Part shown: positions 1 through 8,980 of the stretch, piece after piece
Layout of the letters: every line of letters starts with the position of its first letter
Position numbering within the stretch: position 1 is the stretch's first letter
DNA from: an uncultured virus (IMG/VR IMGVR_UViG_3300044729_003472)
Lineage: Duplodnaviria; Heunggongvirae; Uroviricota; Caudoviricetes
Direction: 5' to 3' (one strand)
DNA: 20,000 bases
IMG/VR virus record: IMGVR_UViG_3300044729_003472
Position numbers and translations under genes: made by a program
The notes under the pieces: generated by a model
What the model was told of the DNA's origin: nothing
Seen by the model: the letters and a program-made list of their open reading frames with translations, nothing else
Database searches by the model: none

Positions 1-629
1 TTGACTGTGAAGTCACCAATACACACCAAATCGCCACCAACATTGAGGTTGCCTGCAATACCCACACCGCCTGTTGTGACAATAGCACCACTGCCAATGT
101 TGGCACTGTTGGTGGTATTGGCCACCGTGAGACGTCCACTTTGAAACACGTTTCCGGTCAACCCAATGCCGCCTTGTACTGTCAGTGCACCTGTGCTGTT
201 GCTCACAGTTTGAATATTGTTGCTAAAAATTGCGCGATTGGCGCCGGCCACTGTGACTGCAAACGTTACAGCATTGGCCCAATACAGTCCGGTATTGTTG
301 GCAGCCACAGAATATACACTGGGCAATCCCACAGTGCCAGCCTGAAACACGCTGGTTGACAAGTTGAGACTGTTGAGCGCACCTGCTCGGTAAGTTACTA
401 CAACATTGTTGGCACCAGCTCCGGGTGCTGTTGTAAACAACAACTGTAGGTTTTGAGCATTATAGTCAACAAAAGGTTTTTGTGCTACACTGCCCACAAT
501 AATATCTAGATCGCTGGCACTGGCCACTGACCGATCTAGGAAAAATTCAATGGTACTACCGTCGCCGTTGAAAAACTGAGTACTGGTGTTTAACAGTTGC
601 GATTGTGGATCTAGACCTAGATAACTCAT
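1..629 (-). CDS. Virion structural / fibre-like protein, 3'-truncated by the window edge (not in the ORF track)
   Basis: Manual translation from ATG at 629 is open to the window edge: MSYLGLDPQSQLLNTSTQFFNGDGSTIEFFLDRSVASASDLDIIVGSVAQKPFVDYNAQNLQLLFTTAPGAGANNVVVTY...TGALTVQGGIGLTGN...GAIVTTGGVGIAGNLNVGG. The start overlaps the upstream stop (TAATG). The F-x-GDGST...FTTAP beta-rich domain and TGAL-x-V-x-GG-x-G-x-x-GN repeats are typical of large-phage tail proteins. Confidence 0.85.
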   Translation of the reverse strand, partial: MSYLGLDPQSQLLNTSTQFFNGDGSTIEFFLDRSVASASDLDIIVGSVAQKPFVDYNAQNLQLLFTTAPGAGANNVVVTYRAGALNSLNLSTSVFQAGTVGLPSVYSVAANNTGLYWANAVTFAVTVAGANRAIFSNNIQTVSNSTGALTVQGGIGLTGNVFQSGRLTVANTTNSANIGSGAIVTTGGVGIAGNLNVGGDLVCIGDFTV

Positions 630-964
630 TATGTGATTTCCATGATACTCATTACAGCATCAACGCTGCTGGATGCACTGCTTTGAACAAACATACTGTC
701 CCCAGTTTCAAGCACAATTTTTTGATCGCCACCGCCCACAACCAAGCTGGATCCTGCGCTGATAGGAGCGTTGACCACCAAATATGTATTTGCTACAGCC
801 ACATCCTGAATATAGACATTTGCAGTGATCGCACTGCCAGTTCGGTTTGTGACCGCAAACCCTACCACAATCGTAGTGGTATTTGCTGCCACTGTGTAGC
901 CACCTACATCTGTGGGAGTTGTGCCTATTGAACTGCTGAGTTTTCTTTTGAATGTATTTGCCAT
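629..964 (-). CDS. Small beta-rich phage structural protein (MANTFK type), putative fibre-associated
   Basis: 111-aa ORF starting 3 nt after the fibre stop (TAA AAC ATG). MANTFK...KIVLETGD...S.MEIT pattern resembles a common small aquatic-phage tail-region protein. Function inferred from context. Confidence 0.8.
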   Translation of the reverse strand: MANTFKRKLSSSIGTTPTDVGGYTVAANTTTIVVGFAVTNRTGSAITANVYIQDVAVANTYLVVNAPISAGSSLVVGGGDQKIVLETGDSMFVQSSASSSVDAVMSIMEIT

Positions 965-967
965 GTT

Positions 968-3900
968 TTACCCTAATGCTATGGCCAACGCTGTTGCGTC
1001 AGCTTGCGTTGCCACTGGTTCGCTGCCAATATTTAGCGCCAAATTTGCGGTGATTGTGTTGGCGGTAATCGCACCAGTGACGTTCAAATTGTTGTTTAGA
1101 GCCACCGTGTTTGCAGTAACCACGTTGGCTGTGACATTGCCACCAGTCACTAGACTACCGCCCTGTATGGTTTGACTCATCACAATGTTGCCCAGTGCGG
1201 TCATTTCCTGTGTCATCAACACATTGCCGGTCAAGCTCAAAATGCCACCTGGTGGATTGACTGTGTTGGTATTGACCTGTGTGCTGATATTGGCATTTGG
1301 GGCAAACACTGTGCCCACGGCACTGACATTTCCGCCCACGATGTTGCCAGTAGCAGTAACTATGCCGCCTGTGACAATGTTGCCACCAGTGATATTGGCC
1401 AAACTTTGAATAGTGCCTATTGCGGTGATCAAACCACCAGTGGTGATATTAGCGCCTGTGACATTGCCAGAAGCTGTGACTATGCCAGCAGTTGTGATGT
1501 TACCGCCAGTGACATTGCCTGTGGCAGTAACCAGACCTGCTGTTATCAAGTTCCCGCCCGCAACATTGCCCGTAGCTGTGACCAAACCTGCTGTGGTGAC
1601 ATTGCCACCAGTGACGTTGCCTGTGGCAGTAACCAAGCCAACAGTGGTTATATTACCACCTGTGACATTGCTGGTAGCTGTAACAATGCCAGCAGCGATC
1701 ACGTTACCGCCAACCACATTGCCTGTGGCTGTTACTACACCTTGTGTGATAATATTGCCCGTAGCTGACACTATTCCTGCGGTTAATAGATTACCGCCAG
1801 TGACATTGCCAGTTACCTGTGCCAGTCCTGCAACATTTAGATTACCAGAGCCTTGCGCTGAAATGTTGCCCTGTACCAACAATGCATTGGCCGCGTAGTC
1901 AAATACTATGCCTGCGCTGGCACCAATTACACCGTTTTGATTGAATAGAACCTGAGTGTTACTGCCTGGTGTTGTTACGTTGCCTGCTAGGTTACCAACA
2001 AAATTTACAGCAATCACATTGCCTGCAGCAGTGATGTTGCCAGCTGCTGACATCTGTCCTGTTGATGTAACAAATGCGCCCACAACATTGGCACCGTTTA
2101 CGTTGCCGGATGTTGAAATTAGGCCCGTAGATACAATGTTACCACCAACTACGTTGGCACTAGTTGTCACAAAACCTGCTGTGACTAGGTTGCCGCCAGT
2201 TATATTACCTGTGGCACTGATAGTAGTAGATGCAGTCAGCGAACCTGTGCTTACCAATCCGGTGGTAGTGATGTTACCACCTCCAACATTACCTGTGGCA
2301 ATGACCTCGCCTGCTGTGACAATATTTCCGCCCACTACGTTGGCAGTAGCAGTAACTATGCCTGCAGTGACAATATTTCCGCCCACTACGTTGGCAGTAG
2401 CAGTTACGATACCTGCTGTGGTAATGTTTCCGCCTGTGACATTGCCTGAGGCACTCACAGTAGTTGCGGCTACCAGCGTGGTGTTAACATTACCGCTGTC
2501 AACATTTCCTGTGGCACTGACAAATGTTGCATTTACATTGGCAGTTGTGACATTGCCTGTGACACTGACCAAGTTAGCATAGGCGTTGGTAACATTGAGA
2601 TTTAGACTGTCAATGTTGCCAGTGGCACTGACAAATCCAGTATTGACATTGCCCGCCACAAGATTTCCAGTGGCACTTAGTGTTGTAGCAGCAACAACAT
2701 TAGCGCCGGTGATGTTACCGCTGTTAGTGACTGTGAATTCTGTGGCAGATATGGTATCATTGGCAGTGATAGTTCCAACTGCACTGATTACACCTGAGGC
2801 ACGTATGTTGCCAGCGTTGATGTTGGCTGTGAGATTAAGGTTGCCTAGTATATTACCAGTTAGGCTCAAATTACCAGTGGCAATATTTCCTGTGGTAAGA
2901 TTACCTGTCACAGTAATCAATCCTGGTGTGCTGATGTTGCCTGCTGTTAGATTGCCAGTGGCAGAAACTTCTCCTCCAGTTACTACGTTTCCAGCAGTAA
3001 CATTGCCTGTGGATGAAACTAGGCCCAGAGTTATGATATTTCCACCAGACACATTGCCTGTGGCAGAAATCACACCTGGTGTTTCAATATTGCCTGCTCT
3101 AGCATTGCCCACTACGTTGGCTGATTGCACAAACAGATTACCGGCCTGCAGTGTGCCAAACTGATTGACTGTGACTATTTCATTGGCTATTGTGACGTTG
3201 GCAGCGGCAATAATGTTGCCGGATGAATTTTGCCAACCAATAAACGCAGAGCCCTCTGCGCCCTTGTAATACCAAAGTTGCTCACCACGATCTCGTCCGT
3301 CATCTGTGGTAAGCGGAGCATTGTTTGCGCCACGACCAAGGCCAAGTATGGGATCTTCAACATTGAGGTCAGTGACGTTGATATAGACTAGATTGCCTTG
3401 TATAACAGCATCGCCACCAATGATAACATTGCCAGTGGTTGATAGTTGTGCTGCGCTAACAATACCCACGGTTATGATATTGCCACCAACCACATTGCCC
3501 ACTGCGCTGATCAAACCGCCGGTGTTGACATTGGCTGCTGTGATGTTGCCAGTGGCACTGATTGCAGCACCTGTGATATCTTTGGTGTCAGCATTGACAA
3601 TTACCTCGGTGTCTTGAGCCAGTACGTTACCAACCAACTGTCCATCAAAGAATGCTGCTGTGACAACATTGGTTGCATTTATATTGTTGGCGTTGACGTT
3701 GGCTGTGGTCTGCACATTGCCCAAAAGACTCACAATATTGCCAGTGTACGTGGGCAGATAAGCTGCCACATTGGCATTGGCGTAGCTGACAATGTCGCCG
3801 TTGCCACTCAGGTTGAACACATTGCCATTGGGTAATGTGAAAATAAACGCAGAGCTGTTGGCGCTGAGGTTGGCATTGTTCAAGAACAAGCTGGCATTGC

Positions 3901-6900
3901 TGAGATAAAGATCTTTGAATGCTGCTGTGGGGCTACCAAGATTGTAGCTTATATTTGCTGCCGGCAAAATGTTGCCTGGCACTGTGGTATTTCCTGAATT
4001 AGCAAATGTCCACGTTCTTGCATTGGCATTGACTACCACATTGCCCACAAGGTTTTGTACCAAAAGATTGGCAGTGTTGGCAGTGGCATCTGTTGGAATG
4101 CGCACTAGAGCATTGCCAGTGGTGTTGTTTGGTGCAATTACGATGTTGCTGTCAGTTGCTCCCGACTGCAAGAAAATGTTTCCGCCAAGAAAATCAATGT
4201 TTCCTGTGACATCTGTCAGTGCAATACCGTTGCCCACAAAGTAGTTTGCAGTGATATTACCTGTGACAGAGATGTTGCCAGACTGTATTAGACCAGTGTT
4301 GTTGATATTGCCAGTGGCTAGATTTCCAAAGCTAGCAGTAGCAGCAAACATAGCATTGTCAACTGCATCAACCATGACTGTGCTGTCATCTGCAAACACG
4401 CTGCCTTTTAGATCACCAACAAATGCTGTAGCTGTCACTGTTTGAGCAACAGATACATTATTTGCGGCCAGACTCTCAGTGACAGTAACGTTATTGGCAT
4501 TGACATTGGCTGTGGATGTTATGTTGCCGGTGGCAGTGATCAAGCCTGATGTACCAATGTTGCCACCCGTGATATTGGCAGTTGCAGTGACCTGTCCCGC
4601 GGTTACAATGTTGCCGCCTGTGATGTTGGCAGTGGCAGTGACTATGCCGCCTGTGGTAAGATTGCCACCAATCACGTTGGCCACAGCAGATACATTGTTA
4701 GCTGTGGCATTGCCCACTACATTGCTTGACTGAGCAAATATATTGCCAGCCTGGAACGTTCCAAAACTGTTGACTGTGACTATTTCGTTAGCAATGGTGA
4801 CATTGCTGGCTGCTATCAAATTACCGCTGCTGTTTTGCCAACCAATAAAGGCAGATCCTTCCGCAGTGGTGTAATACCACAATTGTTCACCGCGATCCTT
4901 GCCGTCATTGAGCACCAAAGGTGCATTGTTGGCACCACGTCCTAGAGAAATAATTGGATCCTCAACGTTGAGTTCGGTGATGTTTATGTAGGTGGTGTTA
5001 CCATTTACAACCAAATTCTGTCCAACAATGACGTTGCCAGTTGTTTCAAGATTTCCTAGATTGACATTGCCTGTGACGCTGATCACGTTGCCAATGAACC
5101 GATCAGCATAGACATTGCCAACGGCACTGATCAATCCACCGGTGTTGATATTGGCAGCGGTTAGATTTCCTGTGGCCGAGATCAAGCCACCGGTATTGAT
5201 ATTGGCCGCTGCCAAATTACCTGTGGCAGTGATTACACCACCAGTGATCAAATTACCACCAGTGATGTTGGCAGTGGCTGTGATCAACCCTGCTGTGGCG
5301 ATATTGCCACCCGTGATGTTGCTGGTAGCACTGATCAAACCGCCGGTGTTGATATTGGCTGCTGCCAAATTGCCTGTGGCAGTGATTGTGGCATTGGCTG
5401 TGATATTGTTGGCCAGCACATCTCCCACTGCTGTGATGCTGCCTAGAGATCTTAGATTTCCACCGTTGATGTTGGCAGTTGATGTGATGTTGCCTGTGGC
5501 TGTGATCAAACCGGCTGTGATCAAGTTGCCACCAGTGATGTTACCTGTGGCAGTGATCTGTTGAGCAGCCTGAATGTTGCCACTGGCAGTGAAAGTTATG
5601 GCGCTGACTACATTGGCACCGGTGATGTTGCCTGTGCCGGGTGCACCGGCCACGGTGATAGCCTGTCCAACAATGAGATTGCTGGTAATGTTGGCGTTGG
5701 CGCCAAGATCAAGATTGCCAGTGATATTGGCAGCACCGTTCAGGAACAAAGCATTGGTAGTCTGATTGAATGTGAATGCTGGACTGGCACCTACGTTGCC
5801 ATCCAAGTTGTACAGTAGTTGAGTATTAGACCCAGGAACTGCTAGGTTACCAGTGATATTACCTACCAAGTTACCAATAAAAAAGCCGCCGCCGCTGACC
5901 ACAATGTTGCCAGTGCTGGTAATAATACCAGCATTGACAATGTTGCCAGAGTTGATGTTGCCTGTCACACTGGCTGAGTTCGCTCGTACCACGTTGGCAT
6001 TGACATTGCTGCTGTTGACGTTGCCTGTGGCACTGACAGTGGTTGCGGCCACCAATGTGGTGTTGACATTGCCACTGTCAACGTTGCCTGTGGCACTGAC
6101 AAAAGTTGCATTGACATTGCTGCTGTTGATGTTGCCTGTGGCACTGACAAAAGTTGCATTAACGTTGCTGCTGTTTATGTTGCCTGTGGCACTGACAGTG
6201 GTTGCAGACACCAATGTGGTATTGACATTGCCACTATTGACATTGCCTGTGACACTGGCAAAAGCTGCATTGAGATTGCTGCTGTTGACGTTTCCTGTGG
6301 CGCTGACAGTGGTAGCTGCCACCAGTGTGGTATTGACATTGCCGCTGTTGACATTACCAACAATGCTGGCAAATTGAGCATTTACATTAGCAGCGTTGAC
6401 GTTGCCCGTGACATTTAATGTGCTGGTAACATTGCCTGAGAGACTCAAAGTCTGTGCTTCAATGTTGCCAGCCACAAAATTGCCATAGCTGTTGACTGTG
6501 ACAATTTCGTTGACAATGGAAACATCAAGCGCAGCAAACAGTTTTTGTGTGGAATTGTCTAGACCAATAAATGCAGACTTCTCACTGGTGGTATAGTACC
6601 AAAGTTGTTCACCGCGGTCTAGTCCATCGTTGTTGGCCAAAGGTGTGTTGTTTGGACCGCGACCAAGACTGATTATGGGATCTTGAACGTTGAGTTCAGT
6701 GATGTTGATGTAAATTATGTTGCCGTTGACAGCAAGATTGCCACCAATCACTGCGTTGCCAGTGATGTTTAGGGCACCACCATTGACCAGGCCTGTGGTA
6801 TTGAGATTGGCTGCTGTGGCATTGCCTGCAGCACTGAGTATACCACCTGTGGTGATATTGCCACCCACAATGTTGCCACTCACAGTGAGATTGCTGATGC

Positions 6901-7549
6901 TGCTGTTGCCGCTTACAACAAACTGGCCACCTGCTGGGTTGGTAATAACCACTGCTGTGGCATTGCTTGTGATTGTTGCTCCGCCAAAATCTACACCATT
7001 AGCGGATGTCCATAATTTGTTCCAGCGATTACCCGCAGTGCCTAGACCATAAACATTGTTGCCCCAGGGGTTGACATTGGCCTGCCAAGTTGCTGCGGTA
7101 TTGCTAATGGTCATGACATTTTCAGTGCCGCTGACCTGCAAACGTATGTTGCCGTTGGCAACAGGGATGCCCAACACAGTTGAACCGTTGGCAATGCTTT
7201 GAGCTACGTCAACAAAGATACCAGTGAGTCCACGCCCGTTGCCTACATAGAATTCTGAGTAAACTGTGCCAAATGTGCGATTAGCTGCACCTATGTCGTA
7301 AACCCCATTTGCAGCGGGCATGATGGTGCTGTTGGCCTGGATATTGCCAATTCCGTTGGCTGCCAAAACCAAGTTGTTGTTGACGCCAGTTACAGTGATT
7401 GTATTACCGGTGATCCGGACGTTGCTGCCTACCGGTCCGGCTGTGTAGATTTCTGTAAAATTTTCGTTTACAGCCTGGAACGCATTGCGTAACGGCTCGC
7501 CAGTCCCGTCATTGGGCTCAGTACCAATGTTGATTATTTGCTGTGACAT
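968..7549 (-). CDS. Very long tail fibre-like protein (2193 aa) with T4 gp9/gp10-like N-terminal baseplate domain
   Basis: N-terminus QQIINIGTEPNDGTGEPLRNAFQAVNENFTEIY matches the gp9/gp10 N-terminal motif (NIG...DGTGD.LR.....NENF.E.Y). Body is G/N/T/A/V/I-rich ~17-aa repeats. Ends in ATALAIALG. SD-like AGAGGA at 7562-7567. Confidence 0.9.
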   Translation of the reverse strand: MSQQIINIGTEPNDGTGEPLRNAFQAVNENFTEIYTAGPVGSNVRITGNTITVTGVNNNLVLAANGIGNIQANSTIMPAANGVYDIGAANRTFGTVYSEFYVGNGRGLTGIFVDVAQSIANGSTVLGIPVANGNIRLQVSGTENVMTISNTAATWQANVNPWGNNVYGLGTAGNRWNKLWTSANGVDFGGATITSNATAVVITNPAGGQFVVSGNSSISNLTVSGNIVGGNITTGGILSAAGNATAANLNTTGLVNGGALNITGNAVIGGNLAVNGNIIYINITELNVQDPIISLGRGPNNTPLANNDGLDRGEQLWYYTTSEKSAFIGLDNSTQKLFAALDVSIVNEIVTVNSYGNFVAGNIEAQTLSLSGNVTSTLNVTGNVNAANVNAQFASIVGNVNSGNVNTTLVAATTVSATGNVNSSNLNAAFASVTGNVNSGNVNTTLVSATTVSATGNINSSNVNATFVSATGNINSSNVNATFVSATGNVDSGNVNTTLVAATTVSATGNVNSSNVNANVVRANSASVTGNINSGNIVNAGIITSTGNIVVSGGGFFIGNLVGNITGNLAVPGSNTQLLYNLDGNVGASPAFTFNQTTNALFLNGAANITGNLDLGANANITSNLIVGQAITVAGAPGTGNITGANVVSAITFTASGNIQAAQQITATGNITGGNLITAGLITATGNITSTANINGGNLRSLGSITAVGDVLANNITANATITATGNLAAANINTGGLISATSNITGGNIATAGLITATANITGGNLITGGVITATGNLAAANINTGGLISATGNLTAANINTGGLISAVGNVYADRFIGNVISVTGNVNLGNLETTGNVIVGQNLVVNGNTTYINITELNVEDPIISLGRGANNAPLVLNDGKDRGEQLWYYTTAEGSAFIGWQNSSGNLIAASNVTIANEIVTVNSFGTFQAGNIFAQSSNVVGNATANNVSAVANVIGGNLTTGGIVTATANITGGNIVTAGQVTATANITGGNIGTSGLITATGNITSTANVNANNVTVTESLAANNVSVAQTVTATAFVGDLKGSVFADDSTVMVDAVDNAMFAATASFGNLATGNINNTGLIQSGNISVTGNITANYFVGNGIALTDVTGNIDFLGGNIFLQSGATDSNIVIAPNNTTGNALVRIPTDATANTANLLVQNLVGNVVVNANARTWTFANSGNTTVPGNILPAANISYNLGSPTAAFKDLYLSNASLFLNNANLSANSSAFIFTLPNGNVFNLSGNGDIVSYANANVAAYLPTYTGNIVSLLGNVQTTANVNANNINATNVVTAAFFDGQLVGNVLAQDTEVIVNADTKDITGAAISATGNITAANVNTGGLISAVGNVVGGNIITVGIVSAAQLSTTGNVIIGGDAVIQGNLVYINVTDLNVEDPILGLGRGANNAPLTTDDGRDRGEQLWYYKGAEGSAFIGWQNSSGNIIAAANVTIANEIVTVNQFGTLQAGNLFVQSANVVGNARAGNIETPGVISATGNVSGGNIITLGLVSSTGNVTAGNVVTGGEVSATGNLTAGNISTPGLITVTGNLTTGNIATGNLSLTGNILGNLNLTANINAGNIRASGVISAVGTITANDTISATEFTVTNSGNITGANVVAATTLSATGNLVAGNVNTGFVSATGNIDSLNLNVTNAYANLVSVTGNVTTANVNATFVSATGNVDSGNVNTTLVAATTVSASGNVTGGNITTAGIVTATANVVGGNIVTAGIVTATANVVGGNIVTAGEVIATGNVGGGNITTTGLVSTGSLTASTTISATGNITGGNLVTAGFVTTSANVVGGNIVSTGLISTSGNVNGANVVGAFVTSTGQMSAAGNITAAGNVIAVNFVGNLAGNVTTPGSNTQVLFNQNGVIGASAGIVFDYAANALLVQGNISAQGSGNLNVAGLAQVTGNVTGGNLLTAGIVSATGNIITQGVVTATGNVVGGNVIAAGIVTATSNVTGGNITTVGLVTATGNVTGGNVTTAGLVTATGNVAGGNLITAGLVTATGNVTGGNITTAGIVTASGNVTGANITTGGLITAIGTIQSLANITGGNIVTGGIVTATGNIVGGNVSAVGTVFAPNANISTQVNTNTVNPPGGILSLTGNVLMTQEMTALGNIVMSQTIQGGSLVTGGNVTANVVTANTVALNNNLNVTGAITANTITANLALNIGSEPVATQADATALAIALG
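1150..3130 (-). repeat. Degenerate 51-nt (17-aa) tandem coding repeats, consensus TGN(I/V)TGGN(I/L).TAG(L/I)(V/I)TA
   Basis: Visible in protein and DNA, e.g. near-identical adjacent 51-nt units at about 2311-2404. The same repeat occurs at about 5110-5570 and in the other fibres. Confidence 0.9.
3134..6712 (-). repeat. Three dispersed copies of an 84-aa domain within the long fibre (6461-6712, 4739-4990, 3134-3385)
   Basis: YIN(I/V)T(E/D)LNV(Q/E)DPI..LGRG.NN.PL...DG.DRGEQLWYY...E.SAFIG..NS......A..V.I.NEIVTVN..G...AGN recurs three times; each copy spans 252 nt. Confidence 0.95.
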
Positions 7550-7572
7550 AGGTGTTCATGGTCCTCTTTCTA

Positions 7573-7578
7573 TATTTA
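7573..7578 (-). promoter_or_regulatory. T4-like late promoter core TAAATA upstream of the 2193-aa fibre
   Basis: Minus strand reads GGTAAATATAGAAAGAGGACC in the intergenic gap, just upstream of the SD-like motif. The T4 late consensus is TATAAATA. Confidence 0.6.
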
Positions 7579-7623
7579 CCAAAACACCAAGATTACTTTT
7601 TTGTGGGTTTTTAACTGCGTGGT

Positions 7624-7839
7624 TTATTCTGGTATAATTGGATTGCCGTTGGCGTCACACTGAGCATAGGTCATGCTGCCATTCTCGTTATGAATCACCG
7701 CAGTAATAGCAAAGCAGTTTTGGATGCTGTCAATGTATTCTTGCATGATTTGTTGTTGTAAACTTTTGGCATCTTCCCAGGTATCTGCTTCCTGGGGTAA
7801 TCCAGTGATTTGGCTAGTTACTTGATATTTAATGCTCAT
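7624..7839 (-). CDS. Hypothetical small acidic protein (71 aa), possibly fibre/adhesin assembly related
   Basis: Strong SD TAAGGAG at 7845-7851, 5 nt before ATG; same strand as neighbours; no recognisable family. Confidence 0.75.
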   Translation of the reverse strand: MSIKYQVTSQITGLPQEADTWEDAKSLQQQIMQEYIDSIQNCFAITAVIHNENGSMTYAQCDANGNPIIPE

Positions 7840-7848
7840 GAAATCTCC

Positions 7849-7884
7849 TTACCATTTTCCTATTGGACACATGACTAATGCTAG
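7849..7884 (-). pseudogene. Possible 3' remnant of a small Cys-rich 'CPxGKW' gene
   Basis: Spacer reads CTA GCA TTA GTC ATG TGT CCA ATA GGA AAA TGG TAA = LALVMCPIGKW*, the C-terminal signature of small Cys-rich phage proteins (DUF6171-like). Confidence 0.5.
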
Positions 7885-8940
7885 TTATGATGTAGCTCCA
7901 TATCTGGTTCCGCTACCACTAATGGTCGCAGTGAACCCATTTAGAGATATAGCTCTACCACCTACGCCACCTGCTGTTGTTGGGCCTGGCGTAGTTCCTC
8001 CTGAGCCGCCTGCGGTTCCCCAGCCGCCACCGCCGCCGCCACCGTAACTGATTCCGCCGACTAGTGGAGCATTGCTTCCGTTGTTGTTAGCACTACCACC
8101 TGCACCACCCCCACCTCCCTGGCTACCACCGGGATCAGAAACATCAGCGCCGCCACCACCACCACCGGCACCACCTCCTTGACCACCGGCAGGAGCAGAA
8201 AAAGGTCTAGCTGCACCAGCACCACCAGTGCCGGGTAGAATACGACCGCCGCCACCACCACTATCCGATGTTAAACTTGCACCTGAAATGGATTGTCCTC
8301 CCCGAATTCCGTTGCTACCTGCACTACCGGGGCCGCCCCCAGCACCACCACCAGATCGTGCACCATTAAGGTTACAAGCACCACCAGCACCACCACCAGC
8401 ACCACCACCACCACCGCCATATGCAGCACCACCACCACCTCCGCCACCTGCAATATAACCGTTGTTGGCTATACTACAGTTGACTCCTAAACTAATGGCG
8501 TTGCCCCCTGCACTGCCGGCAGTAGGAGATGCTGATGTAAGGTATGCTGCGCCGCCAGTGCCGCCCATCCCTAAAATAAAACCCTGATTTACCAAGGTGA
8601 TTCCGCCAGGCCAAGACCCATCTATGGTCATGCCAGGTGTTGCAGTTGAAGTGGAATATACATAAACATTTGTTGCAACAGTAATCGTTGCGGTTGATGT
8701 GCCATTCCATCCATTGGCCAGTGCCCAGGTGCGTAAATTTAGATTTGTTTGATTGGAACTTATAGTGCCTGCAAATGCGTTGGATTTGCCATAGCCATTG
8801 CTCATTGAGATAGCACCGGAAGGCACAGCGAATAAAGTTCTCACAGCAGCATCATTGAGACTGATTTGAGCCGTGGCAGCAAGCCCAAGCTCTACATTGA
8901 CTTCGCTGAAATTAATTGGTCCGCTGCTGGGTAATGGCAT
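7885..8940 (-). CDS. Glycine-rich receptor-binding adhesin, T-even gp38-like (copy 2)
   Basis: Motifs LVNQGFILGMGGTGG, GGNAI, NNGYIAGGGGGGG and C-terminal GTRYG parallel the T2/S16 gp38 polyglycine adhesin pattern. Lies downstream of a chaperone-bearing fibre. GGAG upstream of ATG. Confidence 0.85.
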   Translation of the reverse strand: MPLPSSGPINFSEVNVELGLAATAQISLNDAAVRTLFAVPSGAISMSNGYGKSNAFAGTISSNQTNLNLRTWALANGWNGTSTATITVATNVYVYSTSTATPGMTIDGSWPGGITLVNQGFILGMGGTGGAAYLTSASPTAGSAGGNAISLGVNCSIANNGYIAGGGGGGGAAYGGGGGGAGGGAGGACNLNGARSGGGAGGGPGSAGSNGIRGGQSISGASLTSDSGGGGGRILPGTGGAGAARPFSAPAGGQGGGAGGGGGGADVSDPGGSQGGGGGAGGSANNNGSNAPLVGGISYGGGGGGGWGTAGGSGGTTPGPTTAGGVGGRAISLNGFTATISGSGTRYGATS

Positions 8941-8980
8941 AGCTACTCCAAGTTAATTAGTTCAATGGTCGCTGTAGGTA

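Noticed and set aside
1030..1035. Additional minus-strand TAAATA hexamers inside coding sequence (1030-1035; also 7826-7831)
   Set aside because: Explained by the encoded residues (LNI, IKY) and expected by chance; not distinguishable from noise without TSS data.
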